The notes under the pieces are model-generated. The model did no database searches and had not been told where the DNA came from. It saw nothing but the letters and a program-made list of their open reading frames with translations. A stretch of DNA of 64,000 bases, taken from contig NC_068981.1 in assembly GCF_001194135.2 (NCBI RefSeq), positions 19,957,180 through 20,021,179 of the forward strand, in the 5' to 3' direction. Both the position numbers and the translations under genes were made by a program. The DNA comes from Octopus bimaculoides. Taxonomy: Eukaryota. Below, piece after piece: positions 39,010-50,425 of the stretch (positions are counted from its first letter, which is position 1; the number at the start of each line of letters is the position of its first letter).

Positions 39010-39135
39010 GTTTTCAGTTTTTCATTGACTAAATCCACTTGTAAAGCTTTGGTTAACACAGGGCTATAATAGAAGACACTTGCCCGAGGAATTGCACAAT
39101 AGTACTGAACTTGAAGCAAACATAACCACACAACA
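39010..39135 (-). mobile_element. SINE 5' part
   Basis: aaatccacttgtaaagctttgg..tataatagaagacacttgcccgagg. Confidence 0.75.
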
Positions 39136-40061
39136 ATCATTATTCAACTCATACTTTTGCTGACTTAGAACATTATCATTCTCGGCTTAAGATCATATCT
39201 AAATTAATGGTTCATAAATGATGAGCTGTACATTTGTGTTATGCAACATGTAGCAAAGTGTTTTGTGAAAATCATAAAATATTTAAATTAGTTTATTCAT
39301 TTTATGTCTATTTTTCTTTGCCAGAATGAGTTGGATGAATACTTATTGTTGAGGCATTATTTTACAGCTGGATGCTTTTCCTGTCACTCACCCTTACCCT
39401 TTTTTTAAAGTAAAGGATTTATTTTTATTTTGCTTGCTTTCAAATCACAAAACTTTGAAAGGCAAGTGACACTTGTATATGTATATTTGATAAAATATAT
39501 AAATGGCTTTGTTAATAGATTTATTTTTATTTTATAGCACAAAGTGTGTGACCAAAATGTTTTATTTGCTCAAAAGTCTAAGTAAAGCGAAAAAAAAATT
39601 GGAAACCACTGATCCAAATAAATAGACAAATAAAATTCAAAATTATTTTGTTTTCTTTTGTCTTTCATTTACATCTATAACATATATTTTGTCACTGATG
39701 ATTGCTTTCTGAAACACCAAGTACTTTTTATAAGAGACTCATTATATATTTCACTGGTTCAGCCAATTATATGACTGGTAAATATTTTATTGATCTCAGA
39801 TAAAGTCAATCACAGAGGATTTAATCATTTAAACTGAGAAACATAAAGAACAAAGTACAATCTGTAAGAGATATTATGTAACTCTCTTTCTCTCTCTCTC
39901 TCTTTTTGTCACTTTCTCTTTCTCCCTCTCTATCAATGTAGCTCATCATCATCATCACCACCACCAGCAGCAGTAATAACAGTACTATTACTACTCTCTT
40001 TCTCTACACCTCTACCATCTTATGACCTGCATGGTGATTGTAGTGGGGAGTAGGAGGAGAA

Positions 40062-40275
40062 AAATCCTTCCTACTCTAGGTACAAGACCTGAAATTTGGG
40101 TTGAGGGGCTAGTTGATTGTATGGACCCTAGCACACAACTGGTACTTATTTTATCAACTCCAAAAGGATGAAAGCAAGGTTAACCTCAGTGGAATTTGAA
40201 CTCAGAATGTAAAGACAGACAAAATACCACTAAATTTTGCCTGATGCGCCAAAAATTCTGCCTGCTCATGCCAAT
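40062..40275 (-). mobile_element. SINE of the ATT-tailed family
   Basis: Minus strand ends CAGGTCTTGTACCTAGAGTAGGAAGGATTTT; the central block and B-box are present. Confidence 0.8.
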
Positions 40276-40714
40276 TATAAAAATGAGTTTAACTTGAAAA
40301 ATGTCAGTGATGATGATGATAATTTTGTGAATCTAAGATGCGCATTATGTTTAGCTGTTCAGATTGAAATCTATAGTTTATTATGTAATACACATTATGG
40401 TACTAAATTTGATCTTTTGAAGTTACAATGATTAATGAGTTTATAAACTACTTCACTTCTGAAAACTATGGTGGCTTTATTCCTCTATTCTTTTATTGCT
40501 TTCATTCATTGGACTACATGAAGGTGTCCCAGCCATGGAGCCACACTAACCTCATTGCTTCTTTCACACATCTACAATGGGGCAAAGCTAACAGAATGTT
40601 CATTAATAAGAGAAATGACAACAGTATCATCACCAGTAGCTCATGATTTTCAGAGAAGTCCATGTGCAAACAATCACATAGATATGCACTAACACACAAG
40701 TGCTCACAACACTG

Positions 40715-40840
40715 AGATTCTTTCAGTTTCCATCTGACAAATTCACTCCCAAGGCATTGATTGGCCTGGGGGTGATGCACAGTGGGACTTGAGCCTAAAA
40801 TCACATGGTTAGGAAGAACACTTCACACATGCAGCCTACA
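40715..40840 (-). mobile_element. SINE 5' part
   Basis: tttcagtttccatctgacaaattcactcccaagg..cagtgggacttgagcc. Confidence 0.7.
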
Positions 40841-41359
40841 ACATATATATGCAATTGTAGGCAAGGTAGGCAGTGCCTTTCCAGACAAAAACAACATATA
40901 ATAATTATTAAATATACAAAGTAAGTGATTTCCAATTCATTATAATAATGCTAATTTAATGCATCAAATTCTGTGTATAATTCAGCAAATGGCTACTATT
41001 TTCATGTTAGACAAGCAGAATATCCACTGCCTTTCATGTTCAATGTTTATACTAGGCATAAAGCTATTAAATGCATGTGCTGTCACTTCAGCTCGATAAT
41101 AAATAAAATTTAGTGAAAATACAAAGAAAATAAAAACTACTTATGCTATGTCAATACAGGGTGAGAAGTGTGCGTGATTTGGGTGTTATATTACAGGTGT
41201 ATTTGCTTCTAATGATTGAGCTAATTTTAAGAGATATTTTATTCCATGAGAGTATATAAAATAGTAATAATATGTATACATGCATGCATTTATCCACATA
41301 CATATACATGTACATATGCATATATATATATGTATGTGTGCGTGTATATATATATATAT

Positions 41360-41634
41360 NNNNNNNNNNNNNNNNNNNNNNNNNNNNNNNNNNNNNNNNN
41401 NNNNNNNNNNNNNNNNNNNNNNNNNNNNNNNNNNNNNNNNNNNNNNNNNNNNNNNNNNNNNNNNNNNNNNNNNNNNNNNNNNNNNNNNNNNNNNNNNNNN
41501 NNNNNNNNNNNNNNNNNNNNNNNNNNNNNNNNNNNNNNNNNNNNNNNNNNNNNNNNNNNNNNNNNNNNNNNNNNNNNNNNNNNNNNNNNNNNNNNNNNNN
41601 NNNNNNNNNNNNNNNNNNNNNNNNNNNNNNNNNN
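41360..41634. other. assembly gap (N) after (TA)n
   Basis: 275 N. Confidence 1.
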
Positions 41635-43428
41635 TTGTATGTACATGTTTGTTTTTATGTGGATTCATATATAAAAATCATAACATTAGGATCATTCCAT
41701 ACTTTTGAGGAGAGTGCATATTTATTTTTACAAAGTAAATGTTGACAGTGACCTCAAAGTTTTTGGCTTACTAAGCCAGTAAGCCCAAACTTTAAAGTCA
41801 CTCTCAACCCTTTTCTTGTAAAAGAGTGTGTGTGTGTGTGTGAGTGAGTGATTGTACCCTAAGTTCAAATCCTAAGAAGGCCGCTTTGCATTTCATTTCT
41901 TTACCAATCCAGGACTATAAATTGGTAGAATATTTAGATCATTGGATGAGATGTCTTGCAATATCTGTTACAGCTCTGTGCATTCTGATGTCCAAACTCA
42001 CAATGCATTGGTGCCCAGCTCTGATCTTGTGCACCATGTTTGTGTAAGTCAGACAAGTCAACATGATCTGGTCTCATTTCAGTGGAAGTTACTGCTTTCA
42101 AATACTGGTGTTCATATTTGTTACTTTGGGTTGATTTCTACAGCTGGACACTCTTCCAAAAGCCAAGCACTTTATAGTGTGTACTAGGTGCCTTTTCTCA
42201 TAGCTACATCATTAGAAAGGTTGACATGTTCTCAGTGAGACAAGACTAAGAGACCTCACAATCCTACACTTTCTCCATTTGTTTGCCGACTTTACAGTTT
42301 GTACTAAAAGTATTTTTCATAGCACCAGCACTATAGAGGTTGTCAAGTCCTCTGTAAGACATGACTAATTAGCAGAAATGACTTGGCAATGGTCTTCCCA
42401 TCATGGTACCAGCAAATGAGGAGTTTAGACATGTAAACTGTCAGTGTTGAAAATACTCAGGTATATATATGTGTATATACAAATCCAATATACCTAACTG
42501 CATGATTTGGGAATTCACAATTCTAAAAGGCAGAGTATAATTTATTGAGAATGATTGTTTTCCAAGCTACAGACCCCTTTCACAATGTTACTATTTCTTA
42601 AATATTTTCTTAAGATATATGAAAATAGTGAAATGGGTCTGCAGCCCATATGATATTGTTCTTAATAAATAGTGTGTGTGTATGGAGGGGTATTCTAAAC
42701 AGAGAAATATTTTTGATATACTGATTATTTTAACTTTAGTTTTCATGCTGTGATTGTGTTTAGAATAAAGTAGATGTGTTACCAAAGTTCAATTTATAAT
42801 TGATGCTATTTTTAAACTCATAAGTCTCTGGACAGGTCACCAATTTTCTGAAATTGCCACAAGTTGCTACAGTTAGATCAATTAATTTCGACTTTAATAG
42901 AAATCTTACAACTGTGTCAATATAATTTGACAATCTACAAACAAAGAATGGTTCAGATTTACATTTTGGTTTGATAATTGGTTTCAATAAAATACACTGT
43001 AGTCTCTCTGATATAGAGGGGTAAACACACACGCACACACACACACATGCACAACCTTGCTTAAAAGGTGGAGCAAAGGTGAGTTGAGAGAATGAATGAC
43101 TTGGCAATCAGAACATCAGCTGATGTATACAAGAAAGACAACTTCTAGTATTATATAAATAGATGATGAATCCACTGTATGTGTGTGTGTTTGTGTTGGG
43201 GAATAGTGGTGGGGTTAATGCAGTGTACTGTAAGTATGGAGTAATTGTGGCGAAGGAAAACTACCGAGAACAATGTGAGATGAAGTGGTGAGGTTACTTC
43301 TCAAGATACAGAACTTCATAGAGTAAAGAATGAAGGATCAAAACTTGATGACAGAATGTCCAACCCAGGGAAAATATAGAAAAACAGTTACCAGAGAAAT
43401 CTTGAAACTGCTGATGCTATTTTTGGCT

Positions 43429-43650
43429 TTCTTCTTCTTCTTCTTCTTCTTCTTCTTCTTCTTCTTCTTCTTCTTCTTCTTCTTCTTCTTCTTCTCTTTC
43501 TTCTTCTCTTTCTTCTTCTTCTTCTTCTTCTTCTCTTTCTCTTTCTCTTTCTTCTTCTTCTTCTTCTTCTTCTTCTTCTCCTCCTCCTCCTCCTCCCCCC
43601 TCTTGCCCTCCTCCTCCCCCCTCTTGCCCTCCTCATCATCCTTCTTTGAA
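43429..43650. repeat. long compound (CTT)n/(CCT)n tract
   Basis: About 220 bp almost entirely pyrimidine on the + strand; explains the poly-F, poly-K and poly-R ORFs. Confidence 0.95.
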
Positions 43651-44418
43651 GATGATGCAAATGGTATCAAAACATTTAAAACTCAAAACCACATCTTACC
43701 TAAGCATGTATGTGATAATTCAGATTTCAAATGATCAGATATATGCACTCGCTGAAGCATTTGCATATGTTTTGTTTGCGTGTATGTATATTTATGCATG
43801 AACGTACGTATGCAAGTATGTGTATGTATGAATGCATATCTATATTCATGTATATGCTTGTGTGCCTCCGTATGCATCTATATGAGTGTGTGTGCATATA
43901 CACATACAGATAGATATATATTTACATGCACACACACATATATATATATATATACACATTCGCATAATCCATACACATATATAATTTACATGTGCAAGTT
44001 CATGTGAGTGTGTGGGTGTACAAATGTATACCTGTGTATATGAAATAGAAATAAAAACCCAACATGAAAACTTACTTCTATTCAAGTGATTGGATAGGCG
44101 GGGGGAGTGGGATTAAATTATTTTCATATATTAAATATTTGTTTTATATTGCTGGACCAGTAAATATTCCATTTGTGAAATCAATGGAACAACAGCATGA
44201 TCAAATGTAGATCTACCTTTCTCTCTGCTGCATTCCCTTTTCACATTCCTCTTTCCTAAATATGGACCTGCTTTTTTTTTTGCTTTTTTTTTTTTTTTTT
44301 TAAAGAAGACACGTCCATAGTTTTTACTTAAAAAATAAATCAACTCAACCTTGTAATCCATGCTATTTTGTCATTTTATTTAGGATAAGTAGTTTATCGA
44401 TTCCAGATGTAATAATTT

Positions 44419-44889
44419 NNNNNNNNNNNNNNNNNNNNNNNNNNNNNNNNNNNNNNNNNNNNNNNNNNNNNNNNNNNNNNNNNNNNNNNNNNNNNNNNNN
44501 NNNNNNNNNNNNNNNNNNNNNNNNNNNNNNNNNNNNNNNNNNNNNNNNNNNNNNNNNNNNNNNNNNNNNNNNNNNNNNNNNNNNNNNNNNNNNNNNNNNN
44601 NNNNNNNNNNNNNNNNNNNNNNNNNNNNNNNNNNNNNNNNNNNNNNNNNNNNNNNNNNNNNNNNNNNNNNNNNNNNNNNNNNNNNNNNNNNNNNNNNNNN
44701 NNNNNNNNNNNNNNNNNNNNNNNNNNNNNNNNNNNNNNNNNNNNNNNNNNNNNNNNNNNNNNNNNNNNNNNNNNNNNNNNNNNNNNNNNNNNNNNNNNNN
44801 NNNNNNNNNNNNNNNNNNNNNNNNNNNNNNNNNNNNNNNNNNNNNNNNNNNNNNNNNNNNNNNNNNNNNNNNNNNNNNNNNNNNNNNNN
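44419..44889. other. assembly gap (N) before (TA)n
   Basis: 471 N. Confidence 1.
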
Positions 44890-45543
44890 TATATATATAT
44901 ATATATTTATATATATATAAAGCTGTTGCTCTCAAATTCTTTCTCTCTCTGTCTCTTTCTCTCTAACTTACTGTTTGTTCTGAGTCATCAGCTTCTTCAC
45001 AAAATGCTCCTGAATGAAAGAGCCTTATTCTTTCTTAGATTTCCTGTCAGAAAAGAATTCTAATATCTATCTGATATTTCTTTTCAGTTCAAATGTTAAC
45101 TTTTCTTTTCAAATTTTCTGTTTCTTGAAGAAAATACAATCAATTTTCTTTCTCCCTCATCACATACTCTCTCTCTTTCTCTCTCTCCCTCTCTCTTTCT
45201 CTACCTCCAACACACCCTATTCTCATGCCCCCCCCTCACCCTTCTTTCTTGTTTTTTTCCCTTTCTTCTTCTTTCATTCTCTCCATCTTTCTTTTCTTTC
45301 TCTCACTTAGCTTGAAATTGTTGCAAAAAACCCTCACAAATTGAAACAAACAACAACAGCAACCAGTCATACATAATAAATTTTTGTCTCTATGAACTTT
45401 GATGATTTAACAACACCACTATCACTTTGCCGTTTACATACACACACACATCACACAAATATGCATATATACATGCATGCGCATGCACACATACACACAC
45501 ACACACATTCATAAATGCATAAATACATCTGTGTGTGTGTCTC

Positions 45544-45576
<33 letters not shown>

Positions 45577-45740
45577 GTATATATATATAGATATATATAT
45601 ATATATGTGTATGTGTACATACATATTTTGTGTATGTATGTGTGTGTGTAGTAGGTGTACATAATTAAACTACGTTTCAAAAGGTGATGTTGGATAAATA
45701 TTTTAGCAAGCATGAGAATGTATGTGTAGATTTTCCATAG

Positions 45741-45887
45741 AATCATTTCTAGTTAGACGTCTATTGAGAGATGCCGATATTGTTGTCATCTTCTCAACCC
45801 AACTGAGATGCTGCACAATGCTTTATCTCATTCTATTGCTTCGTGGCTTTTGTCGTCTCATGAAAAGTTATTCCAACCACTATCGTG
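45741..45887 (+). CDS. candidate exon A (SFLVRRLLRDADIVVIFSTQLRCC..SNHYR)
   Basis: gattttccatag| acceptor, GTG|gtattt donor, 147 nt, phase 1-1, CpG-rich relative to flanks; a second frame is also open from 45757, so the frame is uncertain. Confidence 0.3.
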
Positions 45888-45965
45888 GTATTTTCATATA
45901 ACACAGAATAAAAAAAAATAAATAAATAAAACTGAGCTATTTTAAATATCTTCTAGCTATTTCAG

Positions 45966-46105
45966 GTTTATTCCTTTGTGGTAGTTCCACTGCTGAGAAA
46001 GTTAGGTTCCATGATACTGGCCCCTCCTCTTCTTCTCGAGCGTCAACCAAGAATAGTTGGTGGGCATTGCAAAGGACGGTAGCGGGATGGAGAGAAAAGC
46101 CTCAA
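45966..46105 (+). CDS. candidate exon B (LFLCGSSTAEKVRFHDTGPSSSSRASTKNSWWALQRTVAGWREKPQ)
   Basis: tcttctagctatttcag| acceptor, CAA|gtgaga donor, 140 nt, only the phase 1 to 0 frame is open, GC- and CpG-rich unique sequence. Confidence 0.5.
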
Positions 46106-47256
46106 GTGAGAATGTAGATATCAACTGAAGTGTACATACACACACACACACACAAACACACACATGTATATACTTATAGATACACTCATATACCCACTCA
46201 TACATGCATAGTAAACTCACATACGCAAACACATACTTATACTCAACACATACCGTCACACTTGCACACTCGCACATAAAAGTACATACAATTACATACA
46301 TATAGAGACTCAAATTCACAAATACACACATACAGTGAAACATTCTCTCCTGAACATCTATATAGATACTTACAAAGCCATCTCCAACTGAGTTCCTTCC
46401 TTTATCATTTAAAACAATAACCAGATCCTTGTGAGTTAATGGGGTGGATGGCTTCTATGTGAGTGCTGTGGTGGTGGTGGTGGGTGGAGGCACTGATCAA
46501 AAACTACTGCAGTATGGGGTATCAAAGTATATCAGAATGTAACAGATTTTAGCGGTGATAAAAGTCCGATTGGTGTTTCCCAGTTTACAAAGGTTTATAG
46601 TTTAATTGTTCTTGTTTAACCCTGGATCAAGGCATGATTGAACAGAAGTTGTGATAAAAGGTACTCCAACCATAACCATCCTATCTTTCACCAAGACACA
46701 GTGCAGCCCAGAGCCAGTAATGTTTCTAAACTTGTGGGTGTGACTTGAGGGAAATTTAGTTGTTATTTGTAGCAGGTTGAATGAATACAATGAGGCTCCT
46801 TCACTGGACATATGTGATATCTCCGGCTTGACTTGCTAGAAATATTGTTGCAGGAAAATATTGTTATACGTGTTGGTATCGTTATGTACTCCAGATTAGC
46901 TCTGATTGAGCAGTCCTATATCATGCAGGAAGTCAATAGTCCTATAGTATGCAGGAAGTCAGCCAAATAACTAAACCTATTTTTCCATTTATACTAATCT
47001 CTGCCTAGTTGAGACTCATACTGCACTCAAAAATGAAATGGCAAACCATATGAGGTGCATGTGACAGTTTGGACATAATGCACTCTCTCTATTGTTTGGG
47101 CTATTTCTGTATACCTGTAGATTTTGGTGGTGGCCATGGTGGGGGGGAATAAGGTGAACTTGGTCAGAATTCTACAATTGCTGCTCCTCTGCATTTATGA
47201 TCGATGATATTATTCTAGCAATGTGTTTGGGGCCAATTAGGCTTTTTCTGTGTGTA

Positions 47257-47645
47257 TCATCATCATCGTTTAACGTCCGCTTTCCATGCTAGCATGGGTT
47301 GGACGATTTGACTGAGGACTGGTGAACCGGATGGCTGCACCAGGCTCCAATCTGATCTGGCAGAGTTTCTACAGCTGGATGCTCTTCCTAACACCAACCA
47401 CTCCGAGAATGTAGTGGGTGCTTTTATGTGCCATCGGCACGAAGGCCAGTCAGGTGGTATTGGCAATGGCTACGCTCAAAATGGTGTATTTTACGTGCCA
47501 CCTGCACAGGAGCCAGTCCAGCGGCACTGGCACGATCTCGTTCGAATGTCTTTACACATGCCACCGGCACAAATGCCAGGAAGGCGACGCTGGGCACAGG
47601 TGCCATCACAATTTCGCTTTTGCTTGCCCCAACAGGTCTTCACAA
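47257..47645 (-). mobile_element. young (GAT)n-tailed element (RTE-type 3' UTR or SINE body)
   Basis: Minus strand ends CAACCCATGCTAGCATGGAAAGCGGACGTTAAACGATGATGATG; CpG-rich, with internal subrepeats. Confidence 0.85.
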
Positions 47646-48730
47646 GTATGTTTTTTTATTTGAGCTGAGTAGGAAATAGTGTTTTTAGGCTGTTAGTGTA
47701 GAAGTGTACTACATTGTATTATATATGCCTGGTGTTTGAAGATGGTTTTTCAGGTAGTTGCAAAGTTGAAGTTTGTTGTGTTCCTTGCATGTCTAAGTAA
47801 TCTTATATTTTTAGTATTTTTATTTCATTGTAAAGATGGTCTGAGCATAATATGTGAGGATACATAATGTGCAGTTTTCTGTTCTTTGTAGTTTATTATG
47901 TTTTACTGTGTAGAGATTACAGGACCAGGCAGGGCTGACATGATCTATCATGAATCTAATATGTTGTTCTGGACACCTTATTATTGTTTCTCGCAGAAAA
48001 TATTGTGCAAGTTGAGAAAGAGAGAGAGAAAAATTGACTGATCTGTACCCAGTTAAAGTGACAGACTGATTCAAGGAATGTAAATAGGATTATCATATTT
48101 TGCATGTAAGAAATATAATTTGAATAAAAGATGAGACAGAGGTGATGATGAGTTGAGAAATGAATGTTATGGTAACAAAGGTAAAGATATGCTAAAGATG
48201 ATCTGAAGAATTGGGAATAGTTCTAACTTAATAAGATTAGGCTTAAAAGGGAAAGTTAATATATGAATTAGGAAATATTGCTTTTTATTTCTTAGATGTA
48301 TCTGAGCTTTCTTTTATCTTTTTTCATTCTTTTTTTTTTCTTTTTTCTTTTTTTGTAAATTTTACATCAGATACACAATACATCTTACAGTGTTCTATTT
48401 CCTGAACTATTTGTTGCTTTTATTTTAAACTTTTACATGACTCACTATAAATTTGCATTCAGTCATTGGGCTGCAGCCATGTTAGGGTTAATATCTTCCA
48501 CATTTTCTTTAGTTGATCATACTGTTCTCAGTACTTATTTTATAGATCTCTATTGAATGACTAAGATCCTTTTTGTTGTGAAGAAATGAAATTCAACACC
48601 TCATTTTACATTGGCATGTACAAGCATTGACACACACACATGCGTGTACATGTGTGTGCATGTATATATATATATATATGTATATATACTTAATTTTGGA
48701 AGTTTTAAGATATATTTTACCTTTTACATC

Positions 48731-49110
48731 GGCATAGGCTGTGTGGTTAACCCTTTTGATACCAACCTGGCTGTAACCACCTCTGGTTCTGTAGTACAAA
48801 TGTCTTGTTTTCATAAGTTTTGAATTAAAATCTTCCCCCCAAAATTAGTCATGATTGATGTTCCTAACACTAGCTAAATGACAACTAAGTTATTTTACTA
48901 AATTCTTTGTTATTTTAAAAATTAATTGAAAGAAACACAGAACATCTCAAAAGAAATATGGTAATGAAAGGGTTAAAACGCTTGCTCATCCATGTAGTTC
49001 TAGGTTCAGTCCCACAGTGCAGCACCTTAAGCATCTTCTATTGTAGCCCCAGGCTAACCAAAGCCTTGAGAGTGGATTTGGTAGATGGAAACTGAAATGC
49101 AGAGTCTGTG
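48731..49110 (+). mobile_element. tRNA-derived SINE interrupted by a MITE
   Basis: GGCATAGGCTGTGTGGTTAA, insert, then AACGCTTGC..AGGTTCAGTCCC..AAAGCCTTGAGAGTGGATTTGGTAGATGGAAACTGAAA. Confidence 0.85.
48751..48972. mobile_element. piggyBac-like MITE, 222 bp, TTAA TSD
   Basis: TTAA at 48747-48750 and 48973-48976; TIRs CCCTTTTGATACCA and CCCTTTCATTACCA (11/14 identical); removing it restores the SINE head. Confidence 0.85.
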
Positions 49111-49129
49111 CTTGTGAGTTTTACAGGTT

Positions 49130-49700
49130 CTCCAAGACAAGTGAAGTCAAAGGAAATGATGTCCTGACAAAAAAATTTTATTAGAGATTCCAGAAGAATA
49201 CAGATTAGGTGAGAAATTGTTGGGAAAGTATTTAATGCAAGATTTGAGAAAGGTGAGATACAATAGATTAATAGACAGACATATTGTGTAGGTTTAGGTG
49301 ATGGTGCTTTGCAGTTTGTAGTTCAATGGAAAAGAGGCCATTAAAGTGATAATAATAGAAGAGAAGAGATAGAGTATTGAATCAGTATACCTGTAAACTC
49401 ATAGTTGTAATATGTAAATGAATTAATATTTGCCACTGAATCAAGTGTCCTTCTTCTGGATAGAATCAAAATTGTTTTGGTGTGTATCAATAGCACTGCC
49501 CCAGATATATGTGCAGAATTCTAGTGTAGGTCTTAATTGATCTTTGTACAGAGTCAGTAACTAATCAAAGCCAAAATATTTCTATGCTCTAAAGAGAAAT
49601 CATAGTGTTTGCAATGTAGTCTAGTGAATGTTTTTATATATATGAGGTCAACATTAGAGATTGTGTGGCCTAAAGATTTCTAACAGTGAATTTTAGTTAT
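49130..49700 (-). mobile_element. CR1/L2-group LINE 3' fragment, degenerate
   Basis: Minus-strand LFRA*KYF..LLTLYKDQLRPTLEFCTYIWG..DSIQKK and YYHFNGLFSIEL. Confidence 0.75.
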
Positions 49701-50249
49701 GTCTTGTTCAAGTGTAGAAACAGTTTGAACCTATTAGCCATGTATCACTATCTCACTCAGCGTTTCTGAAGGTCAACCATAAGAAACATTTCATACATTG
49801 GCAAATGTTAGCATTTCACCTATGAAATGCAAGAATCTTATTTTCAATAAGTGAACTGAGATTAATTGTTTCTGTTTAATCAAGCAAAAACAAATTATCA
49901 AAGAGTTTAGCTAGCTGCTGCAAGTCTCAGATATTTTATGGACTATTGCAAATGTTTATACCAATTACTTATAATGGTATTACTGTATTGGATAGGTACT
50001 CTGTTGGATGTTTCTTCTATTGGATGATAATGTTTTTTTTTAATGAATTAGAATAAGAAAGACATCAGCTATGACCTATTCACAGGACCTTTGAGAATGA
50101 GTAGAGAAAGGAAAGCAGCTTGTGTTGTCCTCAAATTGGAGACATGGTCCAAATCTAGCTATGTGGACTCTGCTAAAGGTCAAATAGTGTTGTTAATTCA
50201 GCCAATAAATTAAGTCCACCTCCTAAGAACAGATACAATCCATTCAACA

Positions 50250-50425
50250 GGCTTTCTGCACAGGTTCAATCTACCAAATTTCACTCAAAAGGTAAAAAAA
50301 TAAACACTTACCTAAGGTGTTATACAGTAAAAAAAACACTTGCTTAAGGTGTTATGTAGTGGAATTGAACCCAGAACTGTACCATAGCAAAATAAACTTC
50401 TTAATCTCATAGCACCACCTGCACT
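50250..50425 (-). mobile_element. SINE 5' part with an internal duplication
   Basis: ctaccaaatttcactc..aaacacttgcttaaggtg..ggaattgaacccagaac. Confidence 0.7.

Noticed and set aside
43330-43734. Poly-F, poly-K and poly-R ORFs (also 6101-6556, 6745-7090, 18722-18982)
   Set aside because: They are translations of CTT, ATT or GTA microsatellites.
45966-46082. PRIVGG (trypsin activation motif) in one + frame, and a Mab-21-like WNLTFSAVE on the minus strand
   Set aside because: The + frame stops five codons later with no protease motifs; the minus frame lacks usable splice sites and has no supporting neighbouring motifs.
46540-46860. Tc1/mariner-like IFHQD motif
   Set aside because: It is a single weak motif, with no recognisable DDE spacing or TIRs.
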